Under the pieces are notes generated by a model. It was given only the letters and a program-made list of their open reading frames with translations. It was not told where the DNA came from and did not search any database. From NCBI RefSeq assembly GCF_000196555.1, contig NC_015067.1, positions 2,100,001 to 2,132,000 of the forward strand: a DNA stretch of 32,000 bases, read 5' to 3'. Below are positions 1 through 8,771 of this stretch, one piece after another (the stretch's first letter is position 1; the number at the start of each line of letters is the position of its first letter). The stretch comes from Bifidobacterium longum subsp. longum JCM 1217. GTDB taxonomy: Bacteria; Actinomycetota; Actinomycetes; Actinomycetales; Bifidobacteriaceae. A program made the position numbers and the translations under genes.

Positions 1-720
1 CATCTGTCCGCCGCTCATCTCCCCCGGCCGGTGCGTGGCGAGCGCGCGCAATCCCATGCGTTCCAGCCACAGGATCGCCGTGTCGGTGGCGGTGCGGTAG
101 GGCATGCCGTCAAGCATCATCGGCAGGGCGATGTTTTCGACCGCCGGCAGTTCGGGCAGCAGCTGGCCGGACTGGAAGACGAAGCCGAAGTCGTTGCGGC
201 GCAGTTTGGTGCGCTCGGCGTCGCTCATGCGGCTCAGGTCGGCACCACGGAAGATGACGGTGCCGGCGGTCGGCTTAATGATGCCGGCGAGCGCGTGCAG
301 CAAAGTGGATTTGCCGGAGCCGGACGGGCCCATCACGGCTACCGTCTCGCCCTCCCGGAGCGTGAAGTTCACGTGGTTCAGGGCGAGCGTGTGCATGGTC
401 GGCATGGCGAAGCCGGGCTGGGCTGGCTGGGATGGCTGGCCGGCCTGAATGGCACCCGGTCCGGCCGCAGCGGGATTCGCCGACGCATAACCGGCTCCCG
501 TGCCGGCTGGTATCACGCCGGTGACGCCGTGCCCGGCCTGTGCGCGGGCCATGCTGGCGGTGTAGTCCATGACCAGGTCGTGCGCCTCGATGACCGGGGC
601 CCACTGCTGGGTGTGCGATGCCGGCTGCTGGAACTGTTGGGGTTGCTGAGACTGCTGAGGCTGAGCCGCCGGTCCCGGCGCCGGCTGAGGCTGCTGCAAT
701 TGCGATGCTGCTGTATTCAT
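1..720 (-). CDS. ABC transporter ATP-binding protein, N-terminal part (3' end lies beyond the window edge)
   Basis: Absent from the ORF track because it runs off the edge. My translation of the minus strand from ATG 720-718 reads MNTAASQLQQPQPAPGPAAQ...APVIEAHDLVMDY...LREGETVAVMGPSGSGKSTLLHALAG (Walker A)...FVFQSGQLLPELPAVENI (Q-loop)...GEMSGGQM (ABC signature at nt 18-1). The N-terminus is Q/P-rich. There is no other in-frame start before the upstream stop at 786-784. SD spacing is poor, so the start is uncertain. Confidence 0.8.
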   Translation of the reverse strand, partial: MNTAASQLQQPQPAPGPAAQPQQSQQPQQFQQPASHTQQWAPVIEAHDLVMDYTASMARAQAGHGVTGVIPAGTGAGYASANPAAAGPGAIQAGQPSQPAQPGFAMPTMHTLALNHVNFTLREGETVAVMGPSGSGKSTLLHALAGIIKPTAGTVIFRGADLSRMSDAERTKLRRNDFGFVFQSGQLLPELPAVENIALPMMLDGMPYRTATDTAILWLERMGLRALATHRPGEMSGGQM

Positions 721-830
721 ACTCCCGAGCGTACGGAGCGAACGCCCAGCCGACCATCGGGCTGCGGTATGAACCTTTCTGGATTACCGGCCCGCTCCTC
801 ATCCGCAAGGATTAGAGATACGCAAATGAT

Positions 831-866
831 TAATGACCGGCAACCACTATTCGGTGCCGGTCATTA
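831..866 (-). terminator. Hairpin downstream of the Maf-NUDIX gene (12-bp stem TAATGACCGGCA / TGCCGGTCATTA, 12-nt loop)
   Basis: Perfect inverted repeat read directly, about 30 nt after the stop at 895-897. On the minus strand it is followed only by a weak T-containing stretch (ATCATTTGCG). Confidence 0.4.
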
Positions 867-894
867 TGAGCATTGCATTCAGGCGCTACGCGCA

Positions 895-2343
895 TTATTG
901 CGCGGTAGCCAACTCGTCCAGGCGGGCGGCGAAGCGGGGCCAGTCGGTCTTCATAGCGGTGAGGAGCTTGCGGTTGGGCACGTCGTCAATCGGGACCCAG
1001 CAGATTTCCATGCTTTCGTCGTCGTTTGCCTTGGGCTCGACGGTGTGGCCGGGCTTTTCGAAGGCAAACACGGTGGTGTAGGCCCACGGGCCGTGGTCCT
1101 CGCGGTAGGAGCCGACCACCTCGATGTCTTCGGGGGTGATGTTGGCTTCCTCGTAGCTTTCGCGCAGCGCGCCTTCGATGGACGATTCGCCGTCCGCAGT
1201 GGCACCGCCGGGGATACCCCACGTGCCACCTTCGGCGCTCCACGCGGCACGGTGCTGCATGACCACGTGAGTCACCTTGCCGCTCGCCGGGTCGCGGCGA
1301 GCCAGCAGAATGCCGGACGCACCGTTGGTGCCCCAATGCTTGCGGCCGCAGGCGCAGTCCACCCAGCCATCGCCGGGCTGGTGTACGTTTTCGACCGGCG
1401 GCAGAATGCCAGCGTGCTGGTTGCCCGATGCCTTGCTTTCCGGTTCCAGTTCACCACGGCCGACATTCCACAGGTCAGTCCACGTGATGCCCAGTTCGCC
1501 GGCCAGATGCCGGGCCAGCGGCAAGCTGAGGCCGATGATGCCGTGCGGATCGCCCTCAATACTGTCGATGAACGCACCACCGAAGCCTTCCAGCGTGAAC
1601 GATCCGGCGACTTCCAGCGGCTCGCCAGTGGCAATGTACCGTTCGACGTCGGCATCGGTGAATTCGCCGAAATGGACTTTGGCGTGGCTTGCGCCGCGCA
1701 CGGTACGCCCGGTCGCGAAATCGATCAGGCAGTGGCCGGTCCACAGTTCGCCGGTCGCGCCGCTCATGCGCTTCAGTCGTTCGCGGGCCACGGCTTCGCT
1801 GTGCGGCTTGCCGTAGCATTCGCCGCCCAAGAGGAACATCGAATCACAGCCGAGAATCAGCGGGCCGACTGTCGCCTCGGTCAGTCCCGGCTGTCCGGCA
1901 ATAGCGGTGGCGATGGGTTCGGTGACGGTCGGCATATCGATGCCGGAGAAGTCGCGCGTGGTGGCGATTTCCGCCTTGGAATAGTCAATGGGCTTGCCAG
2001 CGGCGGCTTCACGCAAGTCTTCGACGGCAGCTTCGCGTTCCGAATCCTTGATTTCCTTGGCCTTGAGCGGGTAGGCGATCACGCGGTCACCGGTCGCAGC
2101 GGCGGCAGTATCGGCCACATCACGATACGCACGATGAACGGCCTCGGCCTTGGCCGCGGCCAGAATCATCACGCGCTGCTTGATGCTCAAATCGTCGACG
2201 GTGACGCCTTCTTCACGGGCGGCCGCTTCCAGCGCAGCAGGCTCATCCACATGCGAGACGCGAATTGTGGGGCAGATACCCGCCGAATACAGCACGTCAC
2301 GGCGAGGCTTGGACTTGGAAGCAAGAATTAGTGGAATGGGCAT
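895..2343 (-). CDS. Maf-like nucleoside-triphosphate pyrophosphatase fused to a C-terminal NUDIX hydrolase domain
   Basis: 482-aa ORF. The N-terminus MPIPLILASKSKPRRDVL...GCDSMFLLGGECYGKP...GAFIDSIEGDPHGIIGLSLPL is Maf-like. The C-terminus carries a NUDIX box GGATADGESSIEGALRESYEEANI preceded by CACGRKHWG. An SD-like AAGGAC lies 7 nt upstream of ATG 2343. Confidence 0.85.
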   Translation of the reverse strand: MPIPLILASKSKPRRDVLYSAGICPTIRVSHVDEPAALEAAAREEGVTVDDLSIKQRVMILAAAKAEAVHRAYRDVADTAAAATGDRVIAYPLKAKEIKDSEREAAVEDLREAAAGKPIDYSKAEIATTRDFSGIDMPTVTEPIATAIAGQPGLTEATVGPLILGCDSMFLLGGECYGKPHSEAVARERLKRMSGATGELWTGHCLIDFATGRTVRGASHAKVHFGEFTDADVERYIATGEPLEVAGSFTLEGFGGAFIDSIEGDPHGIIGLSLPLARHLAGELGITWTDLWNVGRGELEPESKASGNQHAGILPPVENVHQPGDGWVDCACGRKHWGTNGASGILLARRDPASGKVTHVVMQHRAAWSAEGGTWGIPGGATADGESSIEGALRESYEEANITPEDIEVVGSYREDHGPWAYTTVFAFEKPGHTVEPKANDDESMEICWVPIDDVPNRKLLTAMKTDWPRFAARLDELATAQ

Positions 2344-2358
2344 GACTTAAGTCCTTAT

Positions 2359-2467
2359 GCTCCCGCTGGCGGGAGCTGTCGAACGAAGTGAGACTGAGGG
2401 TGGTCTCTGCCGGTATGGCGGACCACCCTCAGACCGCCTGCGGCGGCCAGCTCCCGCCAGCGGGAGC
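2359..2467. repeat. Cluster of three REP-like palindromic hairpins between thrB and the Maf-NUDIX gene
   Basis: GCTCCCGCTGGCGGGAGC (2359-2376). A 12-bp stem CTGAGGGTGGTC...GACCACCCTCAG (2394-2432). GCTCCCGCCAGCGGGAGC (2450-2467), which is the exact reverse complement of the first hairpin. Confidence 0.75.
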
Positions 2468-2479
2468 CTTCTCCTCGAC

Positions 2480-3592
2480 TTAGCGACGCTCGATTTCGAC
2501 GCCGGCGGTGTTGATGGGCAGGTGAAGCACACGCCAATGGCCGGAAGCAAGCTGCTCCGATGCGATCTGGTCGATGGCTTCGCGGGCGTTGCCGTAATGC
2601 AGCACGAGCACGCAGGGGCCGGCACCGGAGACTGCGGCGGCATAGCCCTTGGAGCGGAAGAGCGCAATGAGCTCGGTGGACGGCGGCATCAGGGCACCGC
2701 GATACGGCTGGTGCAGTTTGTCCTGCGTGGCGGTGAACAGCAGCGCGTTGGACTGGGCCTGAGCGGCCGCAAGCTCGTCGGCGAACGCCGATTCACGGGT
2801 TCCGCCAGAGCAAGCGCACGTATCGGCATCCTGAGCCGGGGCAGCGGCGACGCCGGACTTGCCCTGCTGGGCGGCCTGAGCCAGCACCACGGGATTCATC
2901 GCAGCGGGCAGCAGCCCCACGCGAGACACGTTGTAGACGGCGTCCTTGTATGGCAGTTCCCTAGGCAGCGCCTGACGGGCCTTCTCAGTGGACAGCTCAT
3001 AGTCGGGCACGAACACGGCGGCGGTGATGGACGGGTCCACCGGGTAGTTGACGGCGTGGAATCCGCCGTGCAGCGGTTCACCACCAGGAACGGCGACCGA
3101 GCCGACGCCTTCTGCGGTTTCGAAGTCCCAAGAGACGGTCAGGCCACCGAACACAGCCGGGGCCACATTGTCCGGGTGTCCTTCAATCTGGGCGGCCATA
3201 TCGAAGACGGCCGGACGGTTGAGGTCACCGGTCTGGGCGAAGGCCGCGGCGGCGGCGATGCCGGCCACAATGGCCTCGGCGGAAGAGCCCATGCCACGAG
3301 CCTGAGGGATGTTGTTGGTCGCTTCCAGCGTGAAGCCGAGTCGGCCGAGGCCGAACGTGGCACAGGCACGGCGGAAGGTGGAGACCACGAGGTGGGTTTC
3401 GTCGCATGGGAGGGCGTCGGCACCCTCGCCGTGGATGATCACGTGGGCAATGCCGTCGTTCGGGTCGTCGTTGAGCGTGAAAGTGAGCTCGTCATGGTAG
3501 TCGAGCGCCAGACCCACGGTATCGAAGCCGGAGCCGAGGTTGGCGGACGTGGCGGGCACGCGCACGTGAACGCTATTGCAGATTGGATTCAT
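2480..3592 (-). CDS. thrB: Homoserine kinase
   Basis: 370-aa ORF with the GHMP-kinase motif PATSANLGSGFDTVGLAL and GMGSSAEAIVAG. It lies directly downstream of hom, as in other actinobacteria. SD AAGGAA precedes the ATG. Confidence 0.9.
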   Translation of the reverse strand: MNPICNSVHVRVPATSANLGSGFDTVGLALDYHDELTFTLNDDPNDGIAHVIIHGEGADALPCDETHLVVSTFRRACATFGLGRLGFTLEATNNIPQARGMGSSAEAIVAGIAAAAAFAQTGDLNRPAVFDMAAQIEGHPDNVAPAVFGGLTVSWDFETAEGVGSVAVPGGEPLHGGFHAVNYPVDPSITAAVFVPDYELSTEKARQALPRELPYKDAVYNVSRVGLLPAAMNPVVLAQAAQQGKSGVAAAPAQDADTCACSGGTRESAFADELAAAQAQSNALLFTATQDKLHQPYRGALMPPSTELIALFRSKGYAAAVSGAGPCVLVLHYGNAREAIDQIASEQLASGHWRVLHLPINTAGVEIERR

Positions 3593-3610
3593 GGTTGTTC
3601 CTTAAAAAGG

Positions 3611-3678
3611 AGCTCCCTCATCAGAGGGAGCTTGGGTATTCAGCTTTCACCGTTCGACCGCCTCATCAGAGGGAGCTT
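3611..3678. repeat. REP-like hairpin AGCTCCCTC-ATCA-GAGGGAGCT (3611-3632) plus a second partial copy (3661-3678)
   Basis: The 18-mer CCTCATCAGAGGGAGCTT occurs twice (3616-3633 and 3661-3678). The first copy forms a 9-bp-stem hairpin. Both lie in the hom-thrB gap. Confidence 0.7.
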
Positions 3679-3686
3679 AGGTCTTG

Positions 3687-5003
3687 TCAGTCCAGCACGC
3701 GCAGGATGGACGGGTCGCCGGTGACGAAGTCGAGCGCCTGCACGGCCTTGACGGTGTTGCGCAGGGTTTCCTCGTCGGTCAGGTGGGTCACGACGCGCAA
3801 CTGCTGAATCTCGCCGTCGTAGCCGGGATCGGTCATGGTGGGCTTCAGGTCCTGGTTCACACCGTTGATGGAGACACCGTTCTTGGCGAACTCAGCGGCG
3901 ATGGCGGCCAGCACGCCCGGCTTGTCGTGAATCAGGAAGCGCACGGCGAATGCAGCCTTGGAGGCGGTAATCGGAGCCTTCGGCAGATTCTTGTACAGCG
4001 GGATGGACGGGCCGGTGCAGCCAGCAGCAATGTGGCGGGCTTCGGTCACCACGTCGCCCACGACGGCGGAGGCGGTCGGAGCGCCGCCGGCGCCACGGCC
4101 GTAGAACATGAGGTCGTCGGCGGCCTCGGCCTTGACGAACACGGCGTTGAAGGAGCCGTGCACGGAGGCCAGCGGGTGGTTCTCGTCGATCAGGGCCGGG
4201 TAGACGCGGGCGGAGACGCCGGCCTCGCCGTTCTCGACCACGGCGAGCAGCTTGATGACCTTGTGTTCGGCGGTGGCTGCGGCGATGTCGTCGGCGGTGA
4301 TCTTGGTGATGCCCTCAACGGACACATCGTCGATGGTCACGGAGGTGTGGAAGCCGAGGGTGGCCATGATGGCGGCCTTGTTGGCAGCATCGTAGCCTTC
4401 GATGTCGCCGGTCGGGTCGGCTTCGGCGTAGCCCTTGGCCTGGGCGTCCTTGAGCACGTCGTCAAACTGGAGACCCTTGGTGGTCATCTCGTCGAGGATG
4501 TAGTTGGTGGTGCCGTTGACGATGCCGAGCATGCTGGTCACCTTGTCGCCGACCAAGGACTCGCGCAGCGGGCGCAGGAACGGAATCGCGCCACCCACAG
4601 CGGCCTCGAAGTAGATGTCGACGCCCTTGGCCTCGGCGGCGGAGTAGATCTCCGGGCCGTACTTGGCCAGCAGCGCCTTGTTGGCGGTGACCACGGAAGC
4701 ACCGGATTCGATGGCGGCAAGCACGAACTTGCGGGCCACGGTGGTGCCGCCGATGAGCTCGATGACGATGTCCGAGTTGGTGGCCACGCTCAAAGTATCG
4801 GTGGTGACGATGGACTGGTCGATCCACGGGAACTTCTCAGTTTCCTTCGGGTCGAGGCAGGCGACGCCGGTCAGTTCGACCGGGCGGCCGATACGAGCGG
4901 ACAGTTCGTCCTTCTGCTCGACAATCAGGCGGGCGGTCTGGGAGCCGACGGTGCCGGCACCAAGCAGGCCTACGCGAATCGGGGTTTCGTTGTTGCGAGC
5001 CAA
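3687..5003 (-). CDS. hom: Homoserine dehydrogenase
   Basis: 438-aa ORF with the N-terminal Rossmann motif VGLLGAGTVGSQ and a C-terminal ACT-like region. The start codon read from the sequence is TTG (5003-5001), preceded by SD GGAAGGA with a 7-nt spacer. Confidence 0.93.
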   Translation of the reverse strand: MARNNETPIRVGLLGAGTVGSQTARLIVEQKDELSARIGRPVELTGVACLDPKETEKFPWIDQSIVTTDTLSVATNSDIVIELIGGTTVARKFVLAAIESGASVVTANKALLAKYGPEIYSAAEAKGVDIYFEAAVGGAIPFLRPLRESLVGDKVTSMLGIVNGTTNYILDEMTTKGLQFDDVLKDAQAKGYAEADPTGDIEGYDAANKAAIMATLGFHTSVTIDDVSVEGITKITADDIAAATAEHKVIKLLAVVENGEAGVSARVYPALIDENHPLASVHGSFNAVFVKAEAADDLMFYGRGAGGAPTASAVVGDVVTEARHIAAGCTGPSIPLYKNLPKAPITASKAAFAVRFLIHDKPGVLAAIAAEFAKNGVSINGVNQDLKPTMTDPGYDGEIQQLRVVTHLTDEETLRNTVKAVQALDFVTGDPSILRVLD

Positions 5004-5163
5004 TTCAGGGTCCTTCCAAAAAGTTTTCTATATCCCACCGCTATTTTACGGATTATTTCCGACAGCAGACCGAAAGTACTCATCAAAGCTGACGGTCCTT
5101 TTCGTATTATGACGGATTTGGCCGCACATTACAGACTGTCAGGCGCTCGCCTCTGCACGTGGA

Positions 5164-6762
5164 TCACTCGCTGACGTCGAGGTTGAGTAGGTCGTCTACG
5201 GTCTGGCGGCGGAGCATGACGTGCGCACCGGACTCGCTGACAGCAACCACCACCGGAATCAGCGCTTGGTTGTAGTTGCTGGCCATGGTGCGGCCGTATG
5301 CGCCGGTAACCGGCACGGCGAGAATGTCACCGCGCTTCAAATCGGCGGGCAACTGCACCTCGTGAACCACGATGTCGCCGGATTCGCAGTGCATACCGCA
5401 CACACGGGCAAGCATCGTTTCAGCGGAACCGGTGCGATTCGCCAGACGCGCGGTGTAGTCGGCACCGTAGAGTGCCGGGCGAATGTTGTCGGACATGCCG
5501 CCATCCACAGACACATACACGCGCTCGGCAATCGGGTTGCCGTCACTGTCTTTGGCATCGGACAAGTGCACGTGCTTGATGGTGCCCACGCGGTACAGGG
5601 TTACGCCGGCGGGCGCCACGATGTAGCGGCCGGGCTCGAAGCTGATGGCCGGGGCGGGCATGCCGAGCGCACGGTTGGTGCTGTTGACCGCATCCGCCAA
5701 GCGAGTGAGTTCCACGTCAATGTCCATTGAATCTTCGCCATCGGTGTAGGCCACGGAGTAGCCGCCGCCGAGGTCGATTTCGGGCAGGATGTAGGCGTCG
5801 GTGGCCCACAGGGTCTTGCGCAGCAGCATCATGCGCTTGGCCGCGTGAATGAAGGCGTCCGCATCGTGGATGTTGGAGCCGATGTGCGAGTGGGCTCCGA
5901 CCAGTTCGAGTACGTCCTGGTTGGCGAGGATGGTCTTGAGCACGGCGATGGACGGACCGTCCGCAATGGCTTCCATCGCGGCGGCCAGCGCCTTGTCTGT
6001 GTCGGAGACTTCCTCGTGGCTCAGGTCGTACGGGTACTTGACGTCGTAGTGCAGCTCGCGCTCTGATTTCTCGGTCTTTTCCGCGCCATTTTCCGGGGAA
6101 TGCGTCGCAGAGATACGCGCGTTGGTAGCGGCAGGCGTCACGTCTTTGAGGTCGTTCAGCACGTCGAGCACGGCGGCGTCGGCCCCGGCGGCCAGCAGCG
6201 GCACGCCGAACTTCTGGTCCTCGTGAGCAGTGGAGATGTACTCGTGGCCGCCGGCGTGGACACCGACGGTGACGCGCAGCATCACACGGGCGCGTTTGCC
6301 GAGCTTGCGGGCGATGGCAGCAACGCGCTCCGGCTCGTCGGGCTCGTCGATCACGATTTTGGCGAAGCCCTGTTCGATGGCCAGCGCGATTTCCTCATCG
6401 GACTTGTTGTTGCCGTGCAGCACCAGACGACGTCCGGGAACGCCAGCGGCGAGGGCGATTTTCATCTCGCCCATCGTGCAAGTGTCCACAAACATGCCGG
6501 CCTCGGTGACCAATCGCACGACTTCTTTGGACAAGAACGCCTTGCCGGCAAAGCTCACGTGCGTAGTGGAGGTGTTGAATGCTTCGGCGGCAGCGCGCAC
6601 GAAGTGCCTAGCACGTGCGACTACTTCATCAGTGTCGATGAGATAGAGCGGCGAGCCGAACTCGTCAAGCAGCGATTCGGCGGTACGACCATGAAATTCG
6701 ATGGAGCCTTCGGCATTCACAGCCGTAGCGGCCGGCCAAATTGGAGAAATAGGCATAATCAC
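5164..6762 (-). CDS. lysA: Diaminopimelate decarboxylase (long form with an internal insertion)
   Basis: 532-aa ORF of the PLP-dependent Orn/DAP/Arg decarboxylase family (FAGKAFLSKEV..., GGGYSVAY, CESGD). The start is either GTG 6762 (overlapping the argS stop TGA 6761-6759) or ATG 6756. Confidence 0.88.
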   Translation of the reverse strand: MIMPISPIWPAATAVNAEGSIEFHGRTAESLLDEFGSPLYLIDTDEVVARARHFVRAAAEAFNTSTTHVSFAGKAFLSKEVVRLVTEAGMFVDTCTMGEMKIALAAGVPGRRLVLHGNNKSDEEIALAIEQGFAKIVIDEPDEPERVAAIARKLGKRARVMLRVTVGVHAGGHEYISTAHEDQKFGVPLLAAGADAAVLDVLNDLKDVTPAATNARISATHSPENGAEKTEKSERELHYDVKYPYDLSHEEVSDTDKALAAAMEAIADGPSIAVLKTILANQDVLELVGAHSHIGSNIHDADAFIHAAKRMMLLRKTLWATDAYILPEIDLGGGYSVAYTDGEDSMDIDVELTRLADAVNSTNRALGMPAPAISFEPGRYIVAPAGVTLYRVGTIKHVHLSDAKDSDGNPIAERVYVSVDGGMSDNIRPALYGADYTARLANRTGSAETMLARVCGMHCESGDIVVHEVQLPADLKRGDILAVPVTGAYGRTMASNYNQALIPVVVAVSESGAHVMLRRQTVDDLLNLDVSE

Positions 6763-8621
6763 ATCTTTTCGGGGGCGGTGACGCCGAGGAGGTCGAGGCC
6801 GTTGGCGATGACCTGCTGGACGGCGTCATTGAGCTTCAGGCGGGCGGCGGCACGGGCCGGCTCCGGGTTCTTGGCGATCTCCAAGGCCTTGCGAGCTTCG
6901 TCGTCGCCACGGGTTTCCGGATCAGTCAGGGCCATCGGCACCACGCGCTCCACGTTGTACCACTTGTGATAGGTGGCGGCCAGTTCTTCGAGGTAACGGG
7001 CCACCTTGTGCGGCTGGCGGTCGTCGGCCGCAGTGGCGATCACGCTCGGGAACTGGGCGAGGGCGGCAAGTACCTCGCCGTCGGCCTCGGTGTCGAGCAG
7101 GGCCAAGTCGGCACCCTCGTAGCTGATGCCGGCAACGGCTGCGTTGCGGTCCACGTTCTTGGAGCGGGCGTGCGCATACTGCACGTAGTACACCGGGTTG
7201 TCGTTGGTGTGCGAGGCGAGCAGGGCCAGGTCGATGTCGAAGTTCTGGTTGTAGTCGGAGCGGGCCAGCGAGTAGCGGGCGGCGTCCACGCCGACCACGG
7301 AGACCAGATCGTCGATGGTCACGACGTTGCCGGCGCGCTTGGACATGCGCACGGGCTTGCCGTCCTTCATCACGTTGACCAGCTGGCCGATGAGAATCTG
7401 CATGTTCTTGCCGGGCTCGTCGCCGAAGGCCGCGCACATGGCCATCATGCGGCCGATGTAGCCGTGGTGGTCGGCGCCAAGCATGTAGATGGCCACGTCA
7501 GCCGGGTTTTCGGCGCGATGGCGCTTGTCCCAGTAGTAGGCGATGTCGGCGGCGAAGTAGGCGAACTCACCATTGGACTTGATGATCACACGGTCCTTGT
7601 CGTCGCCGTGCTTGGTGGATTCAAACCAAGTGGCGCCGTCCTTGTCGAAGATGTCGCCGCGGGACTTGAGCTCTTCGATGGCGGCGTCGACCTTGCCGTC
7701 GGCGTACAGGCTGTTCTCATGGAACCAGACGTCGAAGTTCACGCGGAAGTCCTTCATGGACTTCTGAATCTCATCGAACATCATCGGCACAGCGCGCTTG
7801 CGGAATTCCTCGCGCACTTCGGTGTCGGCCTCGCCGAGCGGTTCGCCGTCGTCGTTGAGGCCTTGATCCTGGTGGGCCAGTGCGGTCAGGTCCACGCCGT
7901 CGGACTCGGCTTCGGCCTGAACACGGGCGGCGATCTCGTTGATGTAGGCACCCTTGTAGCCGTCGCACGGGGTTTCGGTCTGGTAACCGGCCTCGCCGAG
8001 GTTGTTGGCCTCAGCCCAAGCGGCGACCAGCGACTTGGCGAAGCGGTTGATCTGCTCGCCGTGGTCGTTGAAATAATATTCGCGCACCACCTTGGCACCG
8101 TTGGCCTCGAGCACGCGGGCCATGGCGTCGCCGACGGCAGCCCAACGAGTGCCGCCGATGTGAATCGGACCGGTGGGGTTGGCGGAGACGAACTCGAGAT
8201 TCAGGGTCTGGCCGCCCAGATGGGCGTTGCGGCCGTATTCGTTGACCTTGTTGAGATGCTTGTCGGTGTCGGTCATGGCACCGGCGGCGAGTACGGTGTC
8301 CACCACGGCGGCGGCCGAGGCGGAGTCGAGCGTGATGTTGATGAAGCCGGGGCCTGCCACCTCGACCTTGGCGATGCCGTCGGCTTCGGCGAGCGCGGCG
8401 GCGAACGGCTCGGCCAGATCGCGCGGCTTCATGCCGGCCTTCTTGGCCAGCTGCATGGCGATGTTGGAGGCCCAGTCGCCATGCGCGCGGTCCTTCGGGC
8501 GCATCACGGCGAGCTTGTCGACGGGCGGAATCAGCTCGTCGGTCAACGCGCCGGCCTGGCCGGCGGCGACGAGGTTGTGGGCAATGCTGGAAATCAGTTC
8601 ACTTAAGGCTTCAGGACTCAT
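6759..8621 (-). CDS. argS: Arginine--tRNA ligase
   Basis: 620-aa ORF with the class I aaRS HIGH-type motif (ANPTGPIHIGGTR) and KMSKR-type motif (RMSKRAGN), plus a C-terminal DALR anticodon-binding region. The argS-lysA-hom-thrB order matches the actinobacterial pattern. Confidence 0.95.
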   Translation of the reverse strand: MSPEALSELISSIAHNLVAAGQAGALTDELIPPVDKLAVMRPKDRAHGDWASNIAMQLAKKAGMKPRDLAEPFAAALAEADGIAKVEVAGPGFINITLDSASAAAVVDTVLAAGAMTDTDKHLNKVNEYGRNAHLGGQTLNLEFVSANPTGPIHIGGTRWAAVGDAMARVLEANGAKVVREYYFNDHGEQINRFAKSLVAAWAEANNLGEAGYQTETPCDGYKGAYINEIAARVQAEAESDGVDLTALAHQDQGLNDDGEPLGEADTEVREEFRKRAVPMMFDEIQKSMKDFRVNFDVWFHENSLYADGKVDAAIEELKSRGDIFDKDGATWFESTKHGDDKDRVIIKSNGEFAYFAADIAYYWDKRHRAENPADVAIYMLGADHHGYIGRMMAMCAAFGDEPGKNMQILIGQLVNVMKDGKPVRMSKRAGNVVTIDDLVSVVGVDAARYSLARSDYNQNFDIDLALLASHTNDNPVYYVQYAHARSKNVDRNAAVAGISYEGADLALLDTEADGEVLAALAQFPSVIATAADDRQPHKVARYLEELAATYHKWYNVERVVPMALTDPETRGDDEARKALEIAKNPEPARAAARLKLNDAVQQVIANGLDLLGVTAPEKM

Positions 8622-8674
8622 TCTTCTAAGGATACTGAGAACGGCGACACTTGCGCCCTGGTATGCCTATATGC

Positions 8675-8694
8675 TGCCCCTGCTGGCGGGGGCA
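8675..8694. repeat. REP-like hairpin TGCCCC-(loop)-GGGGCA in the argS/TetR divergent region
   Basis: Read directly. The loop TGCTGGCG resembles the GCTGGC/GCCAGC loops of the 2359 and 2450 hairpins. Confidence 0.5.
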
Positions 8695-8771
8695 AGCACA
8701 CAGCCGAAAGATACCAAGCGAAAAAGGGTAGGCGACAATCGCCGGAATCGTTGGAGGCTCGCCGAAACCGC

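Noticed and set aside
31-2331. Very long ORFs on the strand opposite to recognisable genes. Examples: 31..2331 +, 2357..3724 +, 3684..5174 +, 6966..8606 +, 9992..10837 -, 14731..16125 -, 18507..20378 +, 22992..24563 -, 24798..25820 -, 29324..30091 -, 31441..31998 +.
   Set aside because: Their translations are Arg/Gly/Ala/His-rich, low-complexity and carry no motifs. Each is antisense to, or out of frame with, a gene that has clear family motifs. These are the typical shadow ORFs of high-G+C DNA.
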